A stretch of 64,000 nucleotides of DNA. It comes from Eledone cirrhosa. Lineage: Eukaryota. The stretch covers positions 3,348,001 through 3,412,000 of the forward strand of contig OZ024753.1 in assembly GCA_964016885.1 (NCBI GenBank), written 5' to 3'. The position numbers were made by a program, and so were the translations under genes. This document shows, one piece after another, positions 41,097 through 58,278 of the stretch. Each line of letters opens with the position of its first letter. The stretch's first letter is position 1. The notes beneath the pieces are model-generated. The model ran no database searches, had not been told where the DNA came from, and saw only the letters and a program-made list of their open reading frames with translations.

Positions 41097-41232
41097 CTGT
41101 TTCTGCTTTTGGCACAAGGCCAGCAATTACCCAGTGTATTACTGGTACTTTATGTTATCGACCCTGTAAGGATGAAAGGCAAAGTTAACCTCGGCGGGAT
41201 TTGAACTCAGAATGGCAAGGGCGGTAACACTG
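41097..41232 (-). mobile_element. SINE family A, 5'-truncated, 19-bp TSD
   Basis: TSD ATTATACTAATTGATATAA at 41078-41096 and 41244-41262. Confidence 0.9.
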
Positions 41233-41754
41233 CCATTATACTAATTATACTAATTGATATAAGGGGCATTTCTTAGCAGCGATAAACACTGTAATCACAA
41301 TTGATAGAATGGGTTTTCATAAGGTTATTTATTGAAGTTATGCTTTTATATCTCCCGCCAACATTGAGTTTCACGCTTCCGAAGACGATAAATACGTCCC
41401 AGTTCAGTACTGCAGTTGAGTCTTTGTCTGTATGTCTTTCTCACTTTCTCTCTATCACTCATTCTTCTGTGGAAGAAATCGAATATCTTTAGAGCTGAAG
41501 AGGGATGAATTCTACCAGGATTAAAATACCCCCAAAATGCCGTGTCAATACATCCTGCCCGTTACTGAATAAGTTGCTACGGGTCTACACCCACATACAT
41601 TTTATATTTGAAAACTCACACACACGCACGCACACACACACGCGCGCACACGCACACACACACACATATATATATTGTTGCCTCGAAAATCGAGACGAAC
41701 CGTGTGTGGACAATTTGAAAACTTGCGTTCGAGTTATCAAATAATTCCTATCAA

Positions 41755-41789
<35 letters not shown>

Positions 41790-41849
41790 TGTATTCATAC
41801 CGAGAAAGAGATGATGTCATTATGAAATATAGATGCATCTATATTTCAT

Positions 41850-42100
41850 AATTGTTTCTACGTTAGGCACAAGGCCAGCAAATACCCAGTCTATTACTGG
41901 TACTTTATTTTATCGACGTCGTAAGGATGAAAGGCAAAGTTAACCTCGGCGGGATTTAAACTCAGTTACGTCCCTTGCCATTCTGAGTTCAAATCCCGCC
42001 GAGGTTAACTTTGCCTTTCATCCTTACGGGGTCGATAAAATAAAGTACCAGTAATACACTGGGTAATTTGCTGGCCTTGTGCCTAACGTAGAAACAATTA
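41850..42100. mobile_element. inverted pair of SINE family A 3' parts
   Basis: minus copy 41850-41965, 17-nt loop, plus copy to 42100. Confidence 0.92.
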
Positions 42101-42372
42101 TGAAATATAGATGCAGAGTTCAAAGAAATGGGTCGATTTATCTTTAGATATATAAAAGTCGCACGCACAAATTCACGCACATGCACACATTCACTCGGTC
42201 AATAAGGAAACTGTAATTGTATAAACCACAAGACTATTTAGCGGTAGCAATATATTTGTTTTAACTTACACAGTCATTTCTTTTTTGGTGCATTATATCT
42301 GGTCATTGCTGACAGGTACGTATAATTAAACTTGCATACAAACATAACACACATACATACATACATATACGA

Positions 42373-42403
<31 letters not shown>

Positions 42404-42537
42404 TATATACACATATATACATATATGCATACACACATATATATACACACATATATATACACATATATACATATATACACACATATATATATATATATAT
42501 AGAAAAAGTGAGAAATGAAATTTCGGTTCATTCTTTT

Positions 42538-42587
<50 letters not shown>

Positions 42588-42677
42588 TTCTCCCCGTTTT
42601 TTATGTTCAATTTTTCTCCCACGTGATTTTGAATAACATTTCCTGGTAACCACACAGCCGAAGTTTTAAATAAACTT

Positions 42678-42721
<44 letters not shown>

Positions 42722-42731
42722 TATATATATA

Positions 42732-42763
<32 letters not shown>

Positions 42764-42860
42764 ACAATGAAGCCGAACACAAATATTTACACTTCCTTCA
42801 TACATTTACAAACATTGATAACTGTATGAACAAAAATAATTACCCAAAATACACACACAC

Positions 42861-42938
<78 letters not shown>

Positions 42939-44608
42939 CACATACAACCACGTATACAACCCCTATCTGTAAACATATATGAAGGAATATACAAACAGTG
43001 ATAGACACACATATGTCACGGAGCAATCTTGTCAGTAAGACAGAACTTAAAGCAGCTTCTGTAAAGGTCACTGGATATCAGTTTTCTCGTTTGTTCACAT
43101 TCTAAAACCTTCTCCCTTCTAAGTCACACCCAACATCTGCTGCTTTTATGTACCCCAACACCCTAATTTCACCTCACCTCATCGCACCTCATTTCATTTC
43201 ATCACATTTCACCACATTTCCACCCCACCAGCTTTCGTTATCCATACTTTTAATTCTATAAATTTTCTAGTAAGTGCTACTCTAATAATTCTGATGTGTA
43301 GGTGGTAAATATAAACTAGAACACGTTTCTCCATGACGAACGGTCTTATACAAATTCACTTATATCCATATGAGGGTCATGCTTTTTCTAACCGCATTAG
43401 TGACATAATTGATGTAAAACCACTCCAGCTGGGAATGGAAGAAAGTTTCCGATGTTAACCAAAAGATGTTACACCTTCACAGCTCTGAGAACGGGAACAT
43501 TTCTATTGATTTACTGCATAATAAAAATGTGAACTTGTGAATTATTTACGAATCAGCACAGTAACTAGAGTACAGCACACAAAGGCAAACAGCATTTTAC
43601 CAGTTCTCTGTAATCAAATTCAAAATTTTGGCGTGGTCAACTTTGCCTTTTATCATTACGGTCTTGATAAAATAAAGCTGCAATCTAGGGATGTGGTATG
43701 GCGGAATTACTACAGCATCGGATGAGATGCTTTGCAGTTTTTTTTTCTGGTTCTTTGAGTTTTGTGTTCTTGGTTTGTAGACTCAGTTTAACATTACCCC
43801 TTGGCCCCATGGTGATATTAGAGAATCTCATTCTGTTGAATGCATCTGGGCCATGTCTATGATTTGAGAATAAACTATTCGTTTCCTCTCAATAATGTCC
43901 CAAAACATAAAAAGGTTATAGGTGTTGACCCATAACGAAAATTAAACCAGTTCACAGATAACATTTGCCATCGCTCAGCTAGAAGCAATTTTCCAGTATC
44001 AGCATTCAATATATATACTATATTACATGTAACACATTTAGTTGGCAGAGACTGTTGCAAATTTGAGGTCTTATTTGTTATTTAGTTCAATATAACTGGC
44101 TTTGTGTTGTCTTTACTTGCTTCATATTGGGCAGAAGCGATGGAGTCAGTTAGAGATGGATAATAAGGAGGAGTTAAAAGAAAAATGCAGAGATTATCAT
44201 ATATAGAGAAATAAACTGTTTGTACAGTCAGAAATCAAAATGTCTGTACGTCTCTCTCACATACACACCTATACGTAATACATGCAAATACATATTATTT
44301 CTCTCCCCTCTCAGGAATAAGTGGGCGATGAAGAAGAGAAGATGTATTTGTATGTATGTACTTATGAGTGTGTGTGTATGTGGAAGAAGGAGAGAAAGAG
44401 AGAGAAGGAGAGAGACACACAGACAGTCTGATTTCTGAATGGTTGCACGGAACACTGCGATTTGAATAGGAATGTCGAGTTACATACATACATGCATGCA
44501 TGCATACATACATACATACATACATACATATACATACATACATACATACATACATACATACATACATACATACATACATACATACATGCATATATATATA
44601 TATATATA

Positions 44609-44836
44609 ACGAAGGAAATGTGGTAAGGAACCAGGTGGACCATAACGCACCAAAGTACTCAATACTTAGGGTAGTAGAGTGGGTAATAGGAACGAGTAGG
44701 ACCCCGACGGCTGAGCTCAAGCCGTTTCGACGGCTAATTCTGGACTAAAATTAGTCCAGAATTCTGGAGTAATTTTAGTCCAGAATTAGCCGTCGAAACG
44801 GCTTGAGCTCAGCCGTCGGTGTCCTACTCGTTCCTA
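44609..44836. mobile_element. family H2 fold-back element
   Basis: palindrome 44686-44836 containing GAAA-CGGCT-TGAGCTC-AGCCG-TC; (TA)n flanks. Confidence 0.7.
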
Positions 44837-45384
44837 TATATATATATATATATATACCAAGGTGTTGTCATCCGGATCTATAATAGTACGTGTGAAATAT
44901 ATATATACATATATATATATATCTGTAATATTTCTTATGAATGCTGACTGTTTACTTCGAAGTTTCGCCAGTGTTACAGGGTTATATATATATATGAGAG
45001 AGAGAAACATGATAAAATACAGAAAAGCTTGACGGAGAGAGAGAGAAAGCATTAGTGAGAAAAATAAATGGTAGATATATAGGTGACTAAGTAAGAGAGA
45101 GAGAGAGAATATCGACTTATTGATCGTTTATTCAGTAAGAAAAATAGACCAAGATCGATGGAGAAGCATCTAGAGAGACACAGTGATATATAGATAGATA
45201 GCTGATAGATAGACAGATAGATAGATAGATTGATTGATAGAATACATGGAAGAAACAAAAGGAGAGATATATAAGAATGACAGAAAGATTGTTTAACATA
45301 GTGTTTGAGAAAATAAGAAAATAGAGGAAGGGAAAGAGGGAGATAGAATTATAGAGAAACGCACATACACACACACACATATAC

Positions 45385-45483
<99 letters not shown>

Positions 45484-46023
45484 GAGAGAGAAAGGGAGAG
45501 AGACAGAGACAAGAAAACGACGCTATAAATGTGGTAGAGTCTAAGGTACTATATTACAAAAAGAACAAAGAACATGCAGAAATTCCGGAAGGAATGTTAA
45601 ATACTCTCCATTTGGCCAAAAAACACCAACTATATAAAAGTGTACCGAGAAGAGAAATTCCAGGAAACTGTTCTGAAAAAGACTTACCATTTTTGTACAA
45701 GACTCGGCTTACTTGTCTATTTATTTTGTTTTTCAGTTCATTTATCTTGTTTATTTATTGGCTTTACGTTTGTTTTATTTGTTTGTTTGTATATTTTTAC
45801 TATGTTCTGATAATCTACTGTGGCAGCGTAGGAGTGCTTACATAGGTGGTGGTTATGGTGTGGGTGGCAGGAGGAGATGGAGATTGCATAATTGATCGAA
45901 TATGTCATACTATATGTACCATGTACTGTATGTTGTTACTGTGTCTTTCCTTGCATATATATCTATACTTATATGTGATTATATGTACGTATATATGTAT
46001 GTATACACCAACAGCCACACAGC

Positions 46024-46058
<35 letters not shown>

Positions 46059-46071
46059 ATACATATATATA

Positions 46072-46130
<59 letters not shown>

Positions 46131-46145
46131 ATACTTATATATATA

Positions 46146-46192
<47 letters not shown>

Positions 46193-46197
46193 ATACT

Positions 46198-46231
<34 letters not shown>

Positions 46232-46321
46232 TAAACATACTTATATATATATATATATATATATAAACATACTTATATATATATATATGTATATATATAT
46301 ATAAACATACTTATATATATA

Positions 46322-46379
<58 letters not shown>

Positions 46380-46445
46380 AACATACTTATATATATATAT
46401 ATATATAAACATACTTATATATATATATATATATATAAACATACT

Positions 46446-46520
<75 letters not shown>

Positions 46521-46560
46521 ATACTTATATATATATATATGTGTATATATAAATACATAT
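46024..46560. repeat. (TA)n array punctuated by a constant AAACATACTT unit
   Basis: unit occurs nine times with variable (TA)n spacers. Confidence 0.92.
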
Positions 46561-47053
46561 ATATGTGTATTTATGTGTATTTATACATATTTATATACCT
46601 GTATATTTATATGTCTATGTGTGTATATGTGTGTGATCGTTGTTTTAAGATGTTCCAATACAGAAGCTGATATCTTAGTTAGATGTAGGCTCCATCAATG
46701 TACGAACTGTCCCATGAGTAACACAGCATATAAACATGCTTTATATTCGAAAACTTAGATATTTGGGACAATGATATAGATTTATACATAGTACAAATCT
46801 ATGTAAAGTCATACTAAATTTTATTTATATGTTTATATATTCATGAATTTATATATGTCGTATTTTGATCGGGTTTGTAATGGTGGTGTTGCAGAGAAGG
46901 ATGATGTTTAAAAGAAAGCGCAGATGAAGAATGAAGGTGAAAACGAAGAACATAGATATCTGTGATAAAGATGTCTAGATGTTTCTGCGGTATGCTTGCC
47001 CAACTATTCTTTCTTCATATTTCTTAAAGATTATACAGACTTTTATCATTATT

Positions 47054-47242
47054 GCGGTGAATTGGCAGTATCGGTAGAGGGTTGGAGGCCATGTTTTCTA
47101 GTATAATTACGTCCCTTTACAGTCTGAGTTCAAATCCCGCCGAGGTTAACTTTGCCTTTCATCCTTATGGCGTCGATAAAATAAAGTACCAGTAATGTAC
47201 TGGTTAATTGCTGGCCTTGTGCCTAAAGTAGAAACAATTATT
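47054..47242 (+). mobile_element. SINE family A, full length
   Basis: GCGGTGAATTGGCAGTATCGGTAG..GAGTTCAAATCCC..core..GAAACAATTATT. Confidence 0.92.
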
Positions 47243-48320
47243 CTTATTAGAGTTATTTGACATTGCTTAACTGATAGATCGTCCGTCGGTTTCAAGGATG
47301 AACACTCAGTTGTTCGACCAACTGAAAACATCTAGACTACTAATATCTTTAATGGCTGGACATTCTACACATACGTGTACCCTTCCCAAAGTGAATGAAC
47401 GTGGCACAATATGTGACATTGCTAGACATTTGACTTACAAGTACGATCCAACCTCCAGGCTTCTTCCTAGTTTATGACTACCTAGTTTTACTCACAAGTT
47501 TTGTTGAAGATGCTATGCAATGAAATTGAACCAAAGACTGGAAGCGAACTTTTTAATCATTCAACTATTTCTGAATAAAATAGAAATTAGCTGGTACGCC
47601 ATTTTTTAGGGGTGCAACATAATGTGTTAGATGAAACATTTCACCGGCTAAACGAATCATGCGGGGAAAATATTTTAGATGGAAATCATGCGGAAGATAG
47701 TCAAATGTAAGACTTTATCCCTCGGTAAGATATGCTCCTATTTCAATAACAGAAGTTATGTACCTTTATGTACAACAATCATAACTTAGCGAATCGTTAA
47801 GTGTGTGCATGGACAAATAACTTCCAGTAAAATTATAATGGCACCGAAGTGACATGTGTGGATCTTTTTGCATATATACCTGACGTAGCATTTCCGTCTC
47901 TAGGACTAAATGCAGACAATTTATTCAAAAGAAGCTGAGAGAGAGAGGGGAGGGGGAGATAAAGAGAGAGGGAGAGAGATAGTAATAGAGATGAAGTGAG
48001 AAAAAGAGAGGGGAAGTGAGAAACACATATAAAGGAAAAATCGAACACAGTACACGACTGATACTAATTTTAGACCCTGAAAGAATGAAAAGTAAGGTTG
48101 ACATAGATGGGCTTTCTATTCAGAGCGATGAGATACGGTACGAATACCACAAAACATTCTATTCGACATTCAAAGATTGTGCCAATTCACTGCCCTGATT
48201 CAATAAATAGAAATTTGTAAAATAAGTAATATACTACTTTCAGTGAGATATGTTGTCAATAATGATCTAGATAAACTGGTTTTGTACTTTGGATAAAGGA
48301 GTTCTATACTGCAACTTAAA

Positions 48321-48470
48321 GCGGCGAATTGGTAGAATCGTTAAAACGTCGGACAGAATGCTTATGGTATTCGTTCCGGTTCTTTGCTCTATGAGTCCAA
48401 ATCCCGCCGAGATCAACTTTGCCTTTCATCCTTTCGAGGTATGAGTCTAGTACTGGGGTCGATATTTTCC
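48321..48470 (+). mobile_element. diverged SINE family A copy
   Basis: GCGGCGAATTGGTAGAATCGTTA..CAAATCCCGCCGAGATCAACTTTGCCTTTCATCC. Confidence 0.75.
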
Positions 48471-49151
48471 TGTCTCTAGTAGAAATCTGCTGTACACAGG
48501 CCTGGAGAGGGATAGGCTCCGCCAGGCTTAAAATGCCCAAGAAATTTCGTATGCCAATACGGTGCCCCTACGACTCTGTCAGGAGTTATGTGACCATACA
48601 TACATAGTGCAGGTTAGACTGTTCATGCATCTCTACTTACAACATTCTCAAGCGCATTTCCCTGCAACTGATACAACTGCTTGGGCCTGTTTATCAGCAC
48701 TGTATCTTTATGGCTTGTAGTATGTTTTGCATGATGAACTAGTGGGCAATAAAATCCGTTTGATCTGATTCGAAAGCACTGTTATGGTAGGAAATTAAAA
48801 CTTATTCTCATGGCGGCACTTGGAAATTAACTTGATCGCCTCTTCAAGGTGTCTAATGTTTCGTTGAGTTTTTATTCAGTGCAGAGGTAAAAGTAATTTG
48901 CACATGAGGTGTGTGCTTGTTGCTGAACAGATACAAATGTTGTCAGCATCTTGATCTTTTAAGTACCATACAAGAGATGATAATACGATGAGGTTTCTTT
49001 TGGGGGTTTTAGATATTTAATCATACACACATATGGCTTAGTCATAGATAAACGGAATATGATGTCTGAAACAATATAAGGAACAAACACATATGCTCAC
49101 ATATCACAAACAGATTCATAATACATATATAAACATATATATATTCCTTCG

Positions 49152-51232
<2,081 letters not shown>

Positions 51233-51664
51233 TTAATAAAAATTATATATATTTATATATGTAATATGTGTCTGTGCGTGCAAATTCTCGAGGCAAATGT
51301 CAAATGTATTAGCTAAGAGATTATATGCGATTATATTGGGAGATCATATTAACTTTCAGATATGGATGGAAGTATTGGGAGCTATCATTAGAATATCTAT
51401 GAGAATATTGTCTTTTTATCAGAAATGCAATCAGTTTTCTGGAGATCGCATCATTTTTGCAGTTAACAAAGTAATCTCTTATCCTACAATACACGGTCTT
51501 CAAATAGTTGTGTACTATACTCGCTATGGTATGCATACACTATTTATATATATTCATATACAATCACACACAAACACGCCTACATACACGTATATATCTA
51601 CACACATATCTGCACTCACATTACATATAAACGCACATAAGTAGGAATATATATATATACACAC

Positions 51665-52176
<512 letters not shown>

Positions 52177-53247
52177 TTGTATATGCTTCAACTAGGATGA
52201 AAACAAATCGAAACCAAATTCATGCCAACCGCGAACCCTAGCAAACACCAACCTCAATGTTACATTCAGCCCTACTTCCAAACCGTATGGCATCAAACAC
52301 AAATAAAATACAAGCACATCCGGCAAAACAACAATCCTACACCAATTACTGTTATGGGGATGTTGGACGTCATCCAACTGAAACCTTTGTATGTGTCTAT
52401 CTATCATCGTCTTTCACGTGAACGAAGTTGTACACTCGTAAGGGTATTCCAATTCTCACCTCCGCACAGGCACCCATGCAGGCAACAGGCGTATCACAAC
52501 TGCTCCGACATATACGACACCTTCTGTGTATCGACACAAGCGAGGAAACAACGGCAATGAACTTATTTCTTTGATCTAGGCGCGTATGAGACACAGACAT
52601 ACGTAACGATAGGAGCATTTTCTGTGGTTACACGAAGATATATACTTACTTCGCTTTGGGAAAAATGAAAAACAAAAAGTGCTTTTTACAATCTAATGAT
52701 TAAAACCTTAGAAGTGTAAAAGTGTACATCAACTTTCATAATGATACATAGTTGTGGGACAGGATAGTCACCCTGAAAATGACTGCAGTCATTAAAAACG
52801 AAACGAGATTACATGAGACAATTAATACAGTAGGTTTGATGTTGCTATATGCGTCTTCAATGTTCAGAATCGTGACTGAAGCTCCGACATTAATGCAGCC
52901 AGTAGTTGCTTTACCACTCCAGACGTTTGACTACGTGTCCACCATGCAAGGACGCAGCCGCCGGACATTGACGTATTCTCACTACTCGAACTCTACAAGG
53001 AGGTTATTGATTCTCCTGAGTTCATTCCCATTTTGGCAGGTTTTATTTAAGATATATCGCCCTCCCCACCAAGCAGACTTTGTTAGCTTGCCGGTTTAGC
53101 GGTCGATGGTCCGATAATGCACAGATTGTAATAGTTTCCATTGTTGCCAATTGTAGGTCGGTTGTTATCTGATCTCTGACCTAATATACATATACATACA
53201 TATATAATATCTATATACACCAACATATGTATTGTAGCTCCCACCCA

Positions 53248-53392
<145 letters not shown>

Positions 53393-53500
53393 TTATATAT
53401 ATATATAATATTTTTATATATATAAATTTATATACGATATTAATTGATATACGATATTAATATTAATATATTTATATATATATTTATATATATCTATATT

Positions 53501-53533
<33 letters not shown>

Positions 53534-53537
53534 GTAT

Positions 53538-53626
<89 letters not shown>

Positions 53627-53715
53627 TACACCATTAACAAAGCTTTAGACTGCGGCTAAGCTAACGAATGGAGATTTGGAAAGTAGATTTAGCACTCGAT
53701 GGAGAATAATACCCC

Positions 53716-53786
<71 letters not shown>

Positions 53787-53879
53787 ATGTTTAAGTGGTA
53801 CAGTGGATTCGTGGTTTACTGCGGAAGGTACCAAATTCAGGAGTCAAATATAGCTTATATATATATATATATATATATA

Positions 53880-53910
<31 letters not shown>

Positions 53911-54055
53911 ATTTGTGTGTGTGTGTGTGTTTGTAGACATATATGTAAACATGATGTATATGTGTGACTGTGTATGAATATTAGACAAAAGATATGCCAT
54001 ACATCTAATGGTTTGATTGAGAAACCTATTATAATGATAAAGTGGTAACTAGATA

Positions 54056-54246
54056 TAATAATTATTTCTACTTTAGTCACAAGGCCAGCAATTACCCAGT
54101 GCATTACTGGTACTTTATTTTATCGACCCCGTAAGGATGAAAGGCAAAGTTACCCTCGGCGCGATTTGAACTCAGATCGTAAAGGGACGTAACTATGCTG
54201 GAAAGCATGGCGTCCGACCCTCCACCGATACTGCCAATCCACCGCC
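54056..54246 (-). mobile_element. SINE family A, full length
   Basis: reverse complement closely matches 3584-3765 and 47054-47242. Confidence 0.93.
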
Positions 54247-54555
54247 CTAAACACAAAATAATGGCATTTTCTCAGAACATAATTCTCTAACCGAAAAAGT
54301 CATTTTTCGCATAACCTGTATGATATTCTTGGTACAATATACATTCATTTCATATATATTTAATAATAAGTCAAACTCGATACGGAGCTATGGTCCTTTT
54401 TCTTTTTTTCTTGACTTCTGGAAGAAGCTGATACTTGCTCTTATTTCTTATTAATTTCGTCATTTCCCCTGTGAGTAAACATTATTTCTTGCTTAGAGAG
54501 CGAGACCAACATTTCAAATTTGTCTAGCCTGAAATGATGACTTTCGTTTCGAAGA

Positions 54556-55538
54556 CACCATCACCAACATTACTATTTCTAAGACTACTACCACCACTAC
54601 CATCACCATCAACACCACCATCAACATTACCACTACTAACATTACTTTCAGTACCACCATCACCACCATCTCCACCTCCACCACCATAACCAACACTACT
54701 ACCACCATCACCACCATCACCATCAACACCACCAACAACACTACCACTACCAACACTACTATCAGTACCACCATCACCACCACCTCTACCACCATTACCA
54801 ACACTACTACCACCACCGTCATCACCATCAACACCACCAACAGCACTACCACTACCAACACTACTATCAGTACCACCATCACCACCACCTCTACCACCAT
54901 TACCAACACTACTACCACCACCGTCATCACCATCAACACCACCAACACCACTACAAACACTACTATCAGTACCACCATCACCACCACCTCTACCACCATT
55001 ACCAACACTACTACCACCACCGTCATCACCATCAACACCACCAACAGCACTACCACTACCAACACTACTATCAGTACCACCATCACCACCACCTCTACCA
55101 CCATTACCAACACTACTACCACCACCGTCATCACCATCAACACCACCAACAGCACTACCACTACCAACACTACTATCAGTACCACCATCACCACCACCTC
55201 TACCACCATTACCAACACTACTACCACCACCGTCATCACCATCAACACCACCAACAGCACTACCACTACCAACACTACTATCAGTACCACCATCACCACC
55301 ACCTCTACCACCATTACCAACACTACTACCACCACCGTCATCACCATCAACACCACCAACAGCACTACCACTACCAACACTACTATCAGTACCACCATCA
55401 CCACCACCTCTACCACCATTACCAACACTACTACCACCACCGTCATCACCATCACAACCACCACTACCACTACTACCACTACCACTACTACTACTCTCAC
55501 CGCCACCGCAATCACCACCACCACCACCACTACTACTG

Positions 55539-55582
<44 letters not shown>
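54556..55582. repeat. 105-bp ACC-rich minisatellite (about 7-8 units) ending in (ACT)n
   Basis: CGTCATCACC recurs at 55021, 55126, 55231, 55336 and 55441. Confidence 0.93.
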
Positions 55583-55583
<1 letters not shown>

Positions 55584-55860
55584 AAGTGCTTGTATTTTCA
55601 ACGTGACTATTAATAATCGATGTCTTGTGTCAGACAATAATCTGATAGATTGACTTCAAAGGAGATTGAAATAAGAAGAGCGATGTTGAAAGGCTTGCCA
55701 AAGACATTAATAATAAGATGAGTGAAGTTTAAATGGCAAACTCAACTCTCTGAGTCAATTGTATTCTTCATATTAATAGGGTGAGTGAAGTTCAACTGTT
55801 TAAAGTCTATCGCAGACAACCCTCGAAAAAATGTTGCTTCTAATATTAATGGAAATGTAA

Positions 55861-56190
55861 GGGTAGTGAATTAGCAAAATTGGTAGAGCATCAGATACAA
55901 TATCATTGCGGTATTTGTACTGGCTCTTCACCTTCTTCAAACATTGCCTAGGTCAACTTAGCCTTTAATTCTTCAGTTCAAATCATACAGTTTCAAACAT
56001 GTCGAGTTCAACTTAGCCATTAATTCTTCAGTTCAAATTCTGCCGAGTTCAACTTTGCCTTTAATCCTTCAGTTCAAATCCTACCGAGATCAACTTTGCC
56101 TTACACCTTTCCGAGGTCGATAAATAAAATACCAGTAAAATACTGGGTTGACTTACTTGGTTTTGCTCTTCTCTGAAATTTGCTGGCCCA
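55861..56190 (+). mobile_element. diverged SINE family A copy with internal tandem amplification
   Basis: TTCAAA..TCAACTT(A/T)GCC(T/A)TTA block repeated four times before GAGGTCGATAAATAAAATACCAGT. Confidence 0.7.
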
Positions 56191-56618
56191 ATATTAATAT
56201 ACACTTGTAAATATTAATATACACTGAGTAAAGTTAAAGTTTAATATCAATTAAGTTTAATATCAGTAAAGTTTAATATCAGTTAAGTGAGTAAAGTTAA
56301 AGTTTAATATCAATTCGCCTAAAATCGCCCCTGGTTTTACAATAAAAAATAGTTTATTTTCTTTCAATGTTTATATTAATCTAAAAAGGCAAACCACCAT
56401 AATTTATCTGAGGAACTTTGCTAAGTTAAGCACCAGCTTAATAACGAGAAAATTAGTTATATTACTGGTTAGATTTTAATACTTGATTATTTTCAAAATT
56501 GTTCTAAATTCATCGGAATTATATTTCATTAATCAACATAAACTATAGGGTCCCTCTTATGCAAAACCAAAAAATATTTTCCAGTTTATATAATTGTTCA
56601 TATATCTAGTAATCCTGG

Positions 56619-56852
56619 TATACGAGGGTCGTTTGAATAGATCAAAGGCTGAAAAGTGTATAGGGTGACAAAGATACTCTTATGGACTGAACAAACGAGG
56701 TTTAGTTTTCAACAGAGTCTCTGGAAAGAAACAATGCAATTATCAATAAGAAGAATTGAAATTAATGCATGTATGCATGGGTGCAAGGATTCACAGACCT
56801 AGCGTCAATCCTTCGTAGTCATCCTACGAATATTTTAGTCGACTCTAGTGTA
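56619..56852. mobile_element. possible degenerate Tc1/mariner-like MITE
   Basis: TA-CGAGGGTCG..AGGCTGA left end and weak inverted match GTCATCCTACGAA..GTCGACTCTAG. Confidence 0.3.
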
Positions 56853-57944
56853 TGCATATCATTCCTGGATGTTCAAATTTAGATATATTCAAGGCTATAG
56901 TCGTCGTTATTGACTGAACTGTTCAACAAATATTAGATAATACATGTTTGTTTAAACCATGAACACCAGATTTCATGCAGTATAACTGTAGTTTCAATTA
57001 AGTCACAAAACATAAGTTCAGGCTAACAGCAGAAATCTTCTTCGTCTCTCATCTCGGTGTTTAACCATTTCCCTCTAGTATAAGGTTTACAGAAAATACT
57101 TTTACACCGAGTCACCGACTACCGTTGATGGATGGTGTAATTATCTTTAAAGAAATACCGTAATTCACCTGAATTCTCACGCACAAAAAACATACATACA
57201 CGCACGTACACAAATACAGACACACTACTACACATACATATACGCAAATACTCTTTCACATATACACTCAAACATATATATACATATGTGAAGGCACATC
57301 AAGTATGTTTATATAATACCCCCCCCCCCCCCCACCACCATCATCATCATCACAACCATCATCAACACGAACACAACTTTACCCTTAGTCGAAAGTGAAG
57401 AAATAAAAATCATAAGGTATCCTAGCGTTATGTGTAGCCAAAATTAGATTCATTTCAAACGATGCGTCCCATCTCGTTAGAGTGTAACTGCTAAACTATT
57501 GAGGGTTGGGAAGAGAATATAAGATGCAGAGATGCATCTATGGATTATTAGGGTGGAGGTGATTATACTAAACGGGATGGGTTAACCACAAGACCCTCGT
57601 AAATAAAATCTTTAAAAATATAAGCCCTTTATTGCCCTTGTTGACTCTCATTAGCTGTGTCACGGTTGGATTGTTACCAGTAACTGTTGATTTACTCCTC
57701 ATCTTCACTATTTGATTCCCCACCCCGCCATTATACTGGCTTTGTCAATTTCCCAAGCCACTCTTTCTGCTACCATCTTTATTTCTCTCTTCTGTTAAAT
57801 TCTTCTTCATTCGCCATTCATTGTAGATGTTCGCTACCTATATATTGCTTGATTGTAATTTATATTAACACCCTCAGCTCGTTCTCTCTCTTTATTTCTA
57901 TCTCTTTCTTTCTAGTTCTTAATATCGCAATGCTAACGTCACTA

Positions 57945-58176
57945 CACTACTACTACTACTACTACTACTACTAATGCTTTTAATACTGCTACTTCTACTA
58001 CCACCATCACCGCCACTATTACTTCAATCACCACCACCATCACTACTACTGCAACTATTTGTATCACTATTACTACCACCATCGCTGCTCCTGCTACTAC
58101 TATTACTACTATTACTACTACTACTACTACTATATACTACTACTACTGCTGCTACTACTATATACTACTGCTGCTG

Positions 58177-58256
<80 letters not shown>

Positions 58257-58278
58257 TCTTCTTCTGCTGCTACTACTT
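57945..58278. repeat. (TAC)n-rich trinucleotide array
   Basis: directly visible. Confidence 0.92.

Noticed and set aside
46127-46530. CRISPR-like constant repeat with variable spacers
   Set aside because: Spacers are only (TA)n of varying length, the repeat is ~10 bp, the context is eukaryotic and no cas genes are present
54514-55530. 338-aa Val-rich ORF, or a Thr-rich mucin-like frame on the plus strand
   Set aside because: In-frame 105-bp ACC minisatellite is stop-free by composition; no signal peptide, convincing splice sites or flanking domains
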